Below the pieces are notes generated by a model, which was not told the origin of the DNA, did no database searches, and saw only the letters and a program-made list of their open reading frames with translations. The position numbers were made by a program, and so were the translations under genes. DNA of 64,000 nt from an uncultured bacterium (GTDB lineage Bacteria; Omnitrophota; Omnitrophia; Omnitrophales; Abzuiibacteriaceae): the NCBI GenBank assembly GCA_964387845.1, contig CAYLXA010000008.1, positions 32,001 to 96,000 of the forward strand, written 5' to 3'. Shown in pieces: positions 1 through 7,876 of the stretch; position 1 is the first letter of the stretch, and each line of letters opens with the position of its first letter.

Positions 1-1
1 C

Positions 2-1213
2 GCGGGCGCCGCGGGTTTGATGGCGGCGATTACCGCTCAGCGCGAGGGATTGAAAGTTCTGCTGCTGGACGGGAAAGAAAAAATCGGCGCCAAAATTTTA
101 ATGTCGGGCGGCACGCGCTGTAACGTGACAAACGACCGGGTCAGCGAAAATGATTACGAGAGCGAAAACCTGCGCTTTGTGAAGCATGTTTTGAGTGCAT
201 TTACATCCGAAAAAGCCATCCGGTTTTTTGATGATCTCAATGTCAAATTGGTTTTGGAACTCGGCGGAAAATATTTCCCGGAAACCCACTCCGCGAAAAC
301 CGTTTTAGACGCATTATTAAAGGAAGCAAAACGCCTCGGCATTGAGCTCAAAGCCGGCCAGAAAATTACCGCCGCAAAATTTAATTCCGGCTATTTCACA
401 ATTTCAGGGCCTAAATTTTCTTATCAAGCTAAAAACATTGTTTTATGCACCGGCGGGCTTTCGTATCCTTCAAGCGGAAGCGACGGCACGGGTTATGAAA
501 TCGCAAAATCGTTCGGGCACACGCTCATTGAAACCACGCCGGCATTAACGCCGCTTTTAACCGATGACCGGAATTGGAAAAGCCTGTCGGGTATAACGCT
601 CAACGCAGAACTTACGCTTTGGCTGAACGCAAAGAAACATAAAACCTTCCGGGATTCCTTTTTATTTACGCATTTTGGTTTCAGCGGTCCGTCGGCATTG
701 AATATCAGCCGCTATTGGGTTCGGAATCAAAAATCAGCCAAGCTGACCGCTAATTTTCTGCCGGAAATCAAAGAGGATGATTTCGAAAACAAACTTATGG
801 AAGCGGCAAAATCAAATCCCGCAAAGCTGTTCAGGAATTTTCTTTCTGAAAATTTTCCAGACCGCTTCGCGGATGTCATCATAAAAAAGGCCGGTATTCC
901 AGAATCAGTCAAATTGAATCAATTAACCAGGGAAAACCGGGCATCGCTGATCAAAACCATATTTTCATCGCATCTTTCCATAACCGGGGTTTATGGGTAT
1001 CAAAAGGCAGAAGTAACGGCAGGCGGCATCAATCTCGATGAAGTAGATTCAAAAACGCTGGAGTCAAAACTTCAAAAAGGGCTTTTCTTCGCCGGCGAGA
1101 TTTTAGATGTGGATGGCCGGATCGGCGGATTTAATTTTCAGTGGGCGTGGTCGAGCGGAACCGTCGCGGCGCGCGCTATTTCTGCGACCACTGTCCGTTC
1201 GGAAGCTGAATGA
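2..1213 (+). CDS. NAD(P)/FAD-dependent oxidoreductase, HI0933/BaiN (aminoacetone oxidase-like) family; 5' end outside window
   Basis: Reading frame is open from base 2 (AGAAGLMAAI = GxGxxG dinucleotide-binding motif precedes the listed ATG). Length and motifs fit HI0933-like flavoproteins (~400 aa). Confidence 0.85.
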   Translation, partial: AGAAGLMAAITAQREGLKVLLLDGKEKIGAKILMSGGTRCNVTNDRVSENDYESENLRFVKHVLSAFTSEKAIRFFDDLNVKLVLELGGKYFPETHSAKTVLDALLKEAKRLGIELKAGQKITAAKFNSGYFTISGPKFSYQAKNIVLCTGGLSYPSSGSDGTGYEIAKSFGHTLIETTPALTPLLTDDRNWKSLSGITLNAELTLWLNAKKHKTFRDSFLFTHFGFSGPSALNISRYWVRNQKSAKLTANFLPEIKEDDFENKLMEAAKSNPAKLFRNFLSENFPDRFADVIIKKAGIPESVKLNQLTRENRASLIKTIFSSHLSITGVYGYQKAEVTAGGINLDEVDSKTLESKLQKGLFFAGEILDVDGRIGGFNFQWAWSSGTVAARAISATTVRSEAE

Positions 1214-1577
1214 GATCACCGGAGCGGGCATTCTCGCGCTGCACTTCCGCAAAAACAGTTTGAACTTTTGCCAGGCCGCCTGAGCCAAGCTGATTCTGGC
1301 TGACGATGGCGTTGTAAATCACCATGCGGTCGGCGTTTTCTTCCTGCGCAATTCCCGAACCAACCGGAGAAGGTTTCCGGATTTCAACCAGCCCGCCGTT
1401 ATTTTCGCCGATGATGCCTTGTGCTTTCAAGCTCTGGAGTTCCCCAAACCGCGCTTTTCGTGCATCGAGTGCATTCCGGACTTCCGGCGTCATTTCTTTG
1501 ATGTCATAATTTTCTGCCGATGCCGAAGATGCCAGCATGAGAAGACCAATGATTGAAAGCGCAATTATTTTTTTCAT
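1176..1577 (-). CDS. ydbL: YdbL-like periplasmic protein (DUF1318)
   Basis: 133 aa with a signal peptide (MKKIIALSIIGLLMLASSASA) and a DUF1318-like body. It is the last gene of a ydbH-ynbE-ydbL-like operon; a GGAGG RBS lies 8 nt upstream. Confidence 0.75.
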   Translation of the reverse strand: MKKIIALSIIGLLMLASSASAENYDIKEMTPEVRNALDARKARFGELQSLKAQGIIGENNGGLVEIRKPSPVGSGIAQEENADRMVIYNAIVSQNQLGSGGLAKVQTVFAEVQRENARSGDLIQLPNGQWSQK

Positions 1578-1582
1578 GATTG

Positions 1583-1753
1583 TTACCTCCCGGCGACCAT
1601 ATCTTCGATGTTGGTAGCTGTATTTTTAAGTCCGCGGATATCGACTGTGATGTTGGCGTTAATGGTAATAGGACGGTTCGGATCGCCGACGGTTTTGACC
1701 GTGCAGCCCGTTATCAAAATCAGCACTGCAGAAATCAGAAAATATTTTTTCAT
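1583..1753 (-). CDS. ynbE: YnbE-like small lipoprotein (56 aa); not in the ORF track (<60 aa)
   Basis: Hand translation of the minus strand gives MKKYFLISAVLILITGCTVKTVGDPNRPITINANITVDIRGLKNTATNIEDMVAGR. It has a lipobox (ITGC). Its start overlaps the stop of the upstream gene (ATGA), and its 3' end carries the RBS of ydbL. This is the classic ydbH-ynbE-ydbL arrangement. Confidence 0.7.
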   Translation of the reverse strand: MKKYFLISAVLILITGCTVKTVGDPNRPITINANITVDIRGLKNTATNIEDMVAGR

Positions 1754-2595
1754 GAGGCTTTAACGATTCCCATTAGTTGAGCCAAGTCGGTAAACGAATT
1801 TTGCTCATCCAGACGAATCAGCATATTGATATTAAGGTTTAGATTATAATCCGGAACCAGCATTTTTAAAATCACCTTTAATTGATTCGACCGAATCGTA
1901 TTTAAATGAAGTTCCGCAGTTTTATACCGCACAAGCCCGTTTAAAGATGCCAGCTGAAAAGCAGCTTCCTTGGAAGCCTGTGTCGGCAAGTAAGGCCTGA
2001 GGAGCCCAAAGAATTTGCCCTGCAAAAACCCGCCGGGATCCTTGACTGCGAGAACTACTTCTAAATTAGTGCTGCCTTTGTAATCCGTTCCGGCCTGTAC
2101 GATGCCGCTCAGTTTTCCGGTTGATCCCTTCAAATTGTCGGCATTGAGCCAAACAAGTTCCTCGAGACCGATGTCAATCACATTCAGATGAATTGTTAAT
2201 AGCCACTTCGGAAATTCGCGAATTTTCGCCTGTCCGTCAATTCCGATATGGCTCGAGCCGTCGAAATGAGCACCGCGGAATTCAAAATCTAAACCGTTTG
2301 GTTTTAAAACATGGTAAACGGGATTTTTTGAATCTATATTTCGAATCGTAATCGGAATCGGCCCGCTATCAGATGATAGGATAAATTTTAAATTCTCAAT
2401 TTTAAGTTTTAAGTTTCGATCTAAAAATGCTTTCTCGATTTTTGTTTCGCCGGCTGAAAATTCCCTTGCTGAATAATCAATCATAGATTCGAGGGCTTTC
2501 CTCAGTAATTCCTGATGAAATCCCAGGGCAAAGCAGGCTACGAACCCTGCTAATAGGGAAATGAAAAATATTTTTGATACTATGTGACGCTTCAT
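1750..2595 (-). CDS. membrane-anchored protein, candidate shortened YdbH/AsmA-like protein
   Basis: 281 aa from ATG 2595 (track uses TTG 2601). It has an N-terminal TM anchor, and its stop overlaps the ynbE start. The YdbH assignment rests on operon position only; there are no strong motifs. Confidence 0.5.
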   Translation of the reverse strand: MKRHIVSKIFFISLLAGFVACFALGFHQELLRKALESMIDYSAREFSAGETKIEKAFLDRNLKLKIENLKFILSSDSGPIPITIRNIDSKNPVYHVLKPNGLDFEFRGAHFDGSSHIGIDGQAKIREFPKWLLTIHLNVIDIGLEELVWLNADNLKGSTGKLSGIVQAGTDYKGSTNLEVVLAVKDPGGFLQGKFFGLLRPYLPTQASKEAAFQLASLNGLVRYKTAELHLNTIRSNQLKVILKMLVPDYNLNLNINMLIRLDEQNSFTDLAQLMGIVKAS

Positions 2596-2703
2596 ATACA
2601 ATCTCAGAAGTCAGAAATCAGATGCCAGATGTCAACGTAACTAACTCGATTATAATTCTGTCTTCTGTTATCTGTCCTCTGTTTTCTTAGTTTGGAGGTA
2701 ACT

Positions 2704-2931
2704 ATGTTCGACCAAATCAAAGTGATGATGAAGATGATGCAGGACCCGGACTTTCGGGCATTTATTTCACATCCGAAAGTTCAGGAAGTTTTTAAGGATC
2801 CGGCGTTTCAGGATGTGATTAAATCAAAGGATCCTGCGAAGGTGATGGCACATCCAAAGATGCAGATTTTGATGTCAAACCCCGAAGTTGCAACTCTTAT
2901 TCGCAAGGTAGATTTCACAAAATTTACGTGA
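2704..2931 (+). CDS. small hypothetical protein with repeated DPxF/HPK[VM]Q units (STI1/DP-like)
   Basis: GGAGG lies 7 nt upstream of ATG 2704. There is an internal repeat (DPDFRAF..HPKVQEVF / DPAFQDV..HPKMQILM). It has no homolog recognisable by eye. Confidence 0.4.
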   Translation: MFDQIKVMMKMMQDPDFRAFISHPKVQEVFKDPAFQDVIKSKDPAKVMAHPKMQILMSNPEVATLIRKVDFTKFT

Positions 2932-3003
2932 TTTTTGGCTTAGAAATTACAGGTAAAAAACAGTAACTAATTTAAATAGTTATAAAAAACTTATAAAAGT
3001 ACT

Positions 3004-3032
3004 TGACAAGTACCTGTCATAGTGTTAAATTA
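3004..3032 (+). promoter_or_regulatory. putative sigma70 promoter TTGACA-16-TTAAAT
   Basis: cttgacaagtacctgtcatagtgttaaat. It sits at the head of a ~620 nt largely non-coding, hairpin-rich region. Confidence 0.4.
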
Positions 3033-3359
3033 ACCGTAGATATATGAAATTAATCCATATATCCGGTATTTCGGCAGATAGATAAATTAAACAGTGACTT
3101 GCAGTGCCGAAATCAGTACAATGCAGGTCGCAATTCAAATGGCACTTGATGAGCCGCTCGAATTGCCGGCAGAATTAAGCGACTCTCTGGGCTGGATAGA
3201 GAGGGATTTAACATGAAAACCAATAGCTTAAAGTTCTGCTACTCCCGCTTAGACCCGACTCAAAAATCTTCTCTTTCCGCCGTCTTTTCCGATTTGTTCT
3301 CAGGCATCCAAAAATTCAACACCGTTTATAAACGCCAGGGCGAAGGTGTGATTTCAATC

Positions 3360-3560
3360 GAAGCGCTCAGGACACCGCGCCACCCGCGCGGTGCCAGACA
3401 AACGAGCGGCCACCCGCCGCTTAACCAACTGGCACCGAGCCGTATCGGTCGAATCCGCGCAGCTAGTCTGCAGCGTCCTCTCTGGCCTTCTGGAGCCTGT
3501 CTGCCGGCGGGTGACGGAAGCCGGGGAGTTCGTCCCGGCGTTTACCTTTTTTGATTTAAC
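3360..3560 (+). ncRNA. GC-rich (~65%) highly structured segment inside an AT-rich intergenic region; candidate structured RNA or leader of unknown class
   Basis: It contains several strong hairpins: caccgcgc-cacc-cgcgcggtg, cggtgccag..ctggcaccg, and ccggggagttcgtcccgg followed by tttacctttttt. The overlapping ORFs 3213..3554 and 3391..3657 translate to R/P/G-rich low-complexity peptide. Confidence 0.3.
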
Positions 3561-3653
3561 ATCCGGCAGCGAACAACGAACACTTGCGCAAATGCGCGAG
3601 TGCCATCTCGCGGGGCTTAAGGATAGCCCCGTCTCGATAGGAGGAGAATCAAA
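3557..3653 (+). promoter_or_regulatory. conserved 5' leader, copy A (upstream of 3654 gene)
   Basis: About 75% identical to copy B. It has the box CGAACACT..ATG.GCGAGTGCCATCTC, a hairpin (ggggct-taaggat-agcccc) and ATAGGAGGAG. It encodes a 21-aa uORF (3592..3657, MRECHLAGLKDSPVSIGGESK) whose TGA overlaps the main ATG. Confidence 0.55.
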
Positions 3654-4172
3654 ATGAGAATGATAAACCTCATATTATTGGTACTAGGGATATTGACGAT
3701 TTCCGGACCAGCATTTGCTCAAAAGCCATTAGCTGATTATGGCAACGTACCTCAAAATGCGGTGAGTGGAGTTGCGGACGCAGAACCGCCTTTTATTTTG
3801 GAGCTCGACGCGGGAGGCAATCAGTTTCGGGGAGGCAGGCAAATCGTGGTTAACCTTGATTTCACGAATACGTCTTCCTCAGCTAGGGTAGACAACATTG
3901 AGTTTGCTTTCGGTATCACGCCTGCCAGCGAACCTGCGAATCCTGTTTTTCAGGATTACGGCATTGTTGATAGTGCCTTTTCACGCGGCGGAAAATATAC
4001 GATCTATACCGCAAAAGTCGTACTGACAACCGGCGATTACGATGTTTGGAGTATAGTCACTTCGACCGATCAATTTGGCAATTATTCGAACGGCTGGACA
4101 AAAAAACGAATTGTGGTAACTGGCGGTCCGATACCTGTTCAATCGACGGATGTTGCGGTAGGTAAGTCATAA
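3654..4172 (+). CDS. secreted hypothetical protein (172 aa)
   Basis: Signal peptide (MRMINLILLVLGILTISGPAFA), a good RBS, and a terminator hairpin cgggactgtcccgg downstream at ~4193..4207. Confidence 0.6.
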   Translation: MRMINLILLVLGILTISGPAFAQKPLADYGNVPQNAVSGVADAEPPFILELDAGGNQFRGGRQIVVNLDFTNTSSSARVDNIEFAFGITPASEPANPVFQDYGIVDSAFSRGGKYTIYTAKVVLTTGDYDVWSIVTSTDQFGNYSNGWTKKRIVVTGGPIPVQSTDVAVGKS

Positions 4173-4215
4173 AAATAAAGTTTAAACCAACAATCGGGAC
4201 TGTCCCGGATTCAAA

Positions 4216-4312
4216 ACAATCCGGCGGAGAAAGACGAACACTCACACATGATGTGCGAGTGCCATCTCTCGAGACTCAAAGAAGTCTCGTATCGATAGAG
4301 GAGGAATAAAAA
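4216..4312 (+). promoter_or_regulatory. conserved 5' leader, copy B (upstream of 4313 gene)
   Basis: It shares the GCGAGTGCCATCTC box with copy A. Its hairpin (gagact-caaaga-agtctc) has compensatory changes relative to copy A. It encodes a 16-aa uORF (4248..4298, MMCECHLSRLKEVSYR). Confidence 0.55.
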
Positions 4313-6190
4313 GTGAATACTATGAAAGTAAATACTGCCGTAGCGTGGTTAACTTTGTATCTAGGAAATACCAAACTTGTAAAAAATAGTCGTTGCCTAG
4401 TGATTGCACTTGCATTGATGGGTTTTCCACCGCTGTTATTTGCAGAAACTCCAACTTTTGATTGGCTCCGAACCGTTCAAAATTTACAGGATGCACATAC
4501 TTCAACTGCTCATAAAGTCGCAGTTGACTCTGAGGGGAATGTTATCGTGATCGGACACTTCCATGGAACGATGAATTTCAATCCCGGACAAAATCCGCCT
4601 GTTTTGTTAACTTCCACCAATAGCTTCTATAATATTTTTATAACCAAGTACCGGCAAAACGGAGACCATGTTTGGACAAAAGCGATAGGTGGAGATTATT
4701 CTACTCTCTCTTTCTCGTCTTTTTTGGGGGTTGATCCCTACAGTCATCTTGTCATCGATCAAGACAATAACATTATTATTGCAGGCTACTTTGTAGGTTC
4801 GTCCGATTTCGATCCTTCTGAAGACACTGACATTCATGAGTCTAAGGGAGGGCGTGATATTTTTATTACAAAACTTTCGAATGATGGCTCCTATCAATAT
4901 ACTGTTACGATGGGCGGCGAAAGAGACGACATCCCTCTTGACCTTGCTCTTGACGCAACAGGTAGTTTGGTGCTCACCGGATTTTTTACTTCACCAGCTG
5001 TCGATTTTGATCCTACTTATGAAGGAACCGATACTCATCTGCTTCAAAGCAGTGTGGGCGGTTTTATAACGAAACTTGGCAACAATGGATCGTATGAATG
5101 GACACATACCTTTGACGGGTTCCCGAACGGTTTGATGGCGGGGAAAAGTGTGGCGATTAATCGTTCGAGAGAAATTTATGCTATGGGCATATTCCAAGGT
5201 CAGGTTGATTTTGATCCTACTGAAAACGAAGATATCCGCACCTCTAACGGCGAGCGGGATATTTACCTGACCAAATTTTCACCCAATGGAGCTTATATTT
5301 CCACGTTGATTTTTGGTGGCTCTCTGCGAGAACGGCCGACGGCAGTTCGAATCGATTCCCAGGATAACCTATATTTAACAGGCTCTTTTAATGACCGTGT
5401 TGATTTTGATCCAACAGCGGGCGAAGATTTTCACGAAGCCGTGAATATATGCGCTCCCAACGTCTGCGGTGATATTTTCATAACGAAAGTCACGGCTGAT
5501 CATTCTTACCAATGGACTAAAACCATAGGAGCGCCGGTATTGAATCGTCCTTACTATATGCACTTGGATTCAGAGGGCAATGTTTATTTGACCGGTAGTT
5601 TTGGTGGGACAATTGATTTTGATCCAACCAACGGAACTGATTTTCACACCGCTATCGCCTCTACGGACATTTATGCAGTCAAAATTTATACAGACGGAAG
5701 TTATGGATGGGCAGTCAATATGGGGTATGATTCAGGCCCGTTTGGCAGCGCTCCCACGAATCATCATCTAGGATCCGGTTTGGCAACGGACAGAGATCAA
5801 AATGCAATCTTGGTTGGCTTTTTCCGTTATCAGGTTGATTTTGACCCTGGCCCAGGAATTGTTTGGGGTTTAACTCGCACTTATTTTGAATCTGCTTTTA
5901 TTCTTCAGTTAAGACCACGATATTCCTTGAATATTAATGTGGTCGGAAGAGGAGCAGTTGTCAGACAGCCCGATCTCTCAACTTATGGAAGAGGAGAAGC
6001 AGTGTTGTTAAGAGCGGTTCGGGAAAATGCAAGATGGGATTTTGAGCGTTGGAGTGGAGATTTAATGGGGGCTCGGAATCCGGTGATTATTGGCTTCAAT
6101 CGAGATACTCAAATCACCGCTTGGTTTACTGCTAGAGGACCTGAGCCGCTTGCGATAGATTTTGTACCAAATGATGATAAAAATCAGTGA
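4313..6190 (+). CDS. secreted beta-propeller repeat protein (SBBP-like; repeated DFDP...G..D.F.TK...G.Y.WT units)
   Basis: GTG start with GGAGG 11 nt upstream. It has a signal peptide and at least 8 repeats of the ~50-aa motif ...G..DFDP(T/S)...D.H...(G)..DIF(I/L)TK(L/F)..DGSY.WTK..GG. Confidence 0.75.
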   Translation: MNTMKVNTAVAWLTLYLGNTKLVKNSRCLVIALALMGFPPLLFAETPTFDWLRTVQNLQDAHTSTAHKVAVDSEGNVIVIGHFHGTMNFNPGQNPPVLLTSTNSFYNIFITKYRQNGDHVWTKAIGGDYSTLSFSSFLGVDPYSHLVIDQDNNIIIAGYFVGSSDFDPSEDTDIHESKGGRDIFITKLSNDGSYQYTVTMGGERDDIPLDLALDATGSLVLTGFFTSPAVDFDPTYEGTDTHLLQSSVGGFITKLGNNGSYEWTHTFDGFPNGLMAGKSVAINRSREIYAMGIFQGQVDFDPTENEDIRTSNGERDIYLTKFSPNGAYISTLIFGGSLRERPTAVRIDSQDNLYLTGSFNDRVDFDPTAGEDFHEAVNICAPNVCGDIFITKVTADHSYQWTKTIGAPVLNRPYYMHLDSEGNVYLTGSFGGTIDFDPTNGTDFHTAIASTDIYAVKIYTDGSYGWAVNMGYDSGPFGSAPTNHHLGSGLATDRDQNAILVGFFRYQVDFDPGPGIVWGLTRTYFESAFILQLRPRYSLNINVVGRGAVVRQPDLSTYGRGEAVLLRAVRENARWDFERWSGDLMGARNPVIIGFNRDTQITAWFTARGPEPLAIDFVPNDDKNQ

Positions 6191-6192
6191 GT

Positions 6193-6245
6193 AATTGGGG
6201 TCAGTTCTTGAAAATTGAACGGCATTCAAAATTCAAGAATCGACC
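6193..6245. repeat. hairpin repeat, family 1 copy 1 (attggggtcagttcttgaa..ttcaagaa..gacc); likely terminator
   Basis: Imperfect palindrome immediately 3' of the 4313 gene. It is near-identical to 7786..7846. Confidence 0.6.
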
Positions 6246-6303
6246 TGAATAATCCGGCAAAATAAAAACAATTGCGGCAGCGGGAAAATAGGAGGAATAA
6301 AAA

Positions 6304-7770
6304 ATGAAAACGATAAAAACGATATTAATGTTAATGATAGCAACTTTTTCAATAGCAGGAGCGGCATTTGCAGACGGTTCAATTTCACCGTCGCCGGGTC
6401 TGACCGCGGCGTATGTGAATATTCCGCGTTCAAGCTGGCTGTTTGCATATTCTTCACCAAACGACGGAGCACAAGCACAACTTGTTGGAGACATTGTCCG
6501 CGTGACCCCGCCGGGCGGTAATTTTATTTATTCCATTAGCGGCGGATGGACGTTCGATAATCCGGATACTCCGGAAGTGGAAACGTACGACATGAGTTAC
6601 CTTACGTCACTCGTAGTCGGTCTTAAAGGTGGAATTTATACCACCTATGGGCCGGTTTTGGGGATGAGTTTGGAAGATAGCAGTGGAGCGTCTTCGGGCG
6701 TTTCATTGTTGTCTGTGAGCGACTCAACGGAGCAATATTGGTCGGTTCCAACAACCAATTTTTCCGCTGTTGACCTAACACGTGTCAAAAAAGTGACTTT
6801 TGGCGTTGGCTACACCTATAACGCTTCGGGAACAAATTTTGACATTCGCACTGTCCCGCCATCCTCAAATCCTTGTTTGATCAAAGTCCATGCAGGCGAG
6901 TCCATCCAAGCGGCTATTAATCAAGCCTCTGGCGATGGCTGCATGATTTGGGTTAGCGAAGGTACTTACGCAGAAAATATCACGATTGGGCAAGGCCGCA
7001 CTGACCTGAAAAATCTGACCATTTCCGGTGCCGGCATGGAAAAAACGGTGATTCAAGGCAGCGTAGTTGTTGATTTTACAGATCAAGATGGAAATCAAGT
7101 AGACGGTGGCGTGACCAGCATTCAGGATTTGAAAATCACGAACGCGAATTGGGGCGTGACGGTTGTGAATCAGAATGTAGTACTTGATCGCTTAAGATTG
7201 ACAGGGAATCAAGAGGGGGTTGTTGTCACGAGCGTTCGGGGCAATGTTGTTGTAGAAGGAAGCCCTAACGTGACAATTCAGCGCTCAGTAATCGATCATA
7301 ATACAGGCATCGGCGCTACGTTTTATCACGCCAACGAATTGAAGGCGTTTTTGGTCAATAACACCATTGTTGATAATAGTTTTGTGGGCGTGTTTGCACA
7401 ATTACCAGGACCGCAAACCCATCATCTAACTTTAATCAACAATATCATTTCGAGAAACTTCATCGGAATGGAAAATCATTCCGCGCCGAACGCCATAGTC
7501 AAGACTTTGTATGAATACAATGATAACTATGGAAATACCGCTGTTGATATACAAGGTGTTTTTAATTTTGTAGGAGATCAAAGCACCAATTTAAACGTTG
7601 ATCCGTTGTTTGTAAATCCAGCAGCCGGAAATTATCACTTACGGAGAGCATCGCCTATGATCAATGCGGGTGACCCGGTTTCACCTCGCGATCCGGATGG
7701 AAGCCGTTCGGATATCGGTGCGCTTCCGTTTTTTGGGAGGGTGATGAGTGTTGGATCAATCGAAGTTTAG
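6304..7770 (+). CDS. secreted right-handed parallel beta-helix repeat protein (pectate-lyase/NosD-like fold)
   Basis: Signal peptide (MKTIKTILMLMIATFSIAGAAFA). It shows repeated ~22-aa beta-helix rungs (NITIGQG.., VTVVNQNVVLDRLRLTGN.., NVTIQRSVIDHNTGIG..) and a conserved RBS ataggaggaataaaaaATG. Confidence 0.7.
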   Translation: MKTIKTILMLMIATFSIAGAAFADGSISPSPGLTAAYVNIPRSSWLFAYSSPNDGAQAQLVGDIVRVTPPGGNFIYSISGGWTFDNPDTPEVETYDMSYLTSLVVGLKGGIYTTYGPVLGMSLEDSSGASSGVSLLSVSDSTEQYWSVPTTNFSAVDLTRVKKVTFGVGYTYNASGTNFDIRTVPPSSNPCLIKVHAGESIQAAINQASGDGCMIWVSEGTYAENITIGQGRTDLKNLTISGAGMEKTVIQGSVVVDFTDQDGNQVDGGVTSIQDLKITNANWGVTVVNQNVVLDRLRLTGNQEGVVVTSVRGNVVVEGSPNVTIQRSVIDHNTGIGATFYHANELKAFLVNNTIVDNSFVGVFAQLPGPQTHHLTLINNIISRNFIGMENHSAPNAIVKTLYEYNDNYGNTAVDIQGVFNFVGDQSTNLNVDPLFVNPAAGNYHLRRASPMINAGDPVSPRDPDGSRSDIGALPFFGRVMSVGSIEV

Positions 7771-7785
7771 AGCGCGTTAATGAAT

Positions 7786-7846
7786 CATTGGGGTCAGTTC
7801 TTGAATTTTGAAGACCGTTCAATTTTCAAGAACCGACCCCAGTAAC
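7786..7846. repeat. hairpin repeat, family 1 copy 2; likely terminator
   Basis: cattggggtcagttcttgaattttgaagaccgttcaattttcaagaaccgaccccag lies 3' of the 6304 gene. The stem is 20+ bp. Confidence 0.6.
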
Positions 7847-7876
7847 ATTTAGAAGAAAGGTTAAAGGATATTGATT

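Noticed and set aside
3480-3560. tRNA/tmRNA-like T-arm (ccggg-gagttcgt-cccgg) and B12-riboswitch-like GGAAGCCGG..CCCGGCG string
   Set aside because: No acceptor stem, anticodon arm or CCA context. The B12 box (GCCACTG) and other riboswitch core elements are absent. It is kept only as an unclassified structured segment.
3213-3657. ORFs 3213..3554 (113 aa) and 3391..3657 (88 aa) as protein-coding genes
   Set aside because: They overlap each other in different frames, lie in a GC-rich hairpin-dense tract, and translate to R/P/G-rich low-complexity peptide. Only the last 21 codons of the 3391 frame (the conserved uORF) look meaningful.
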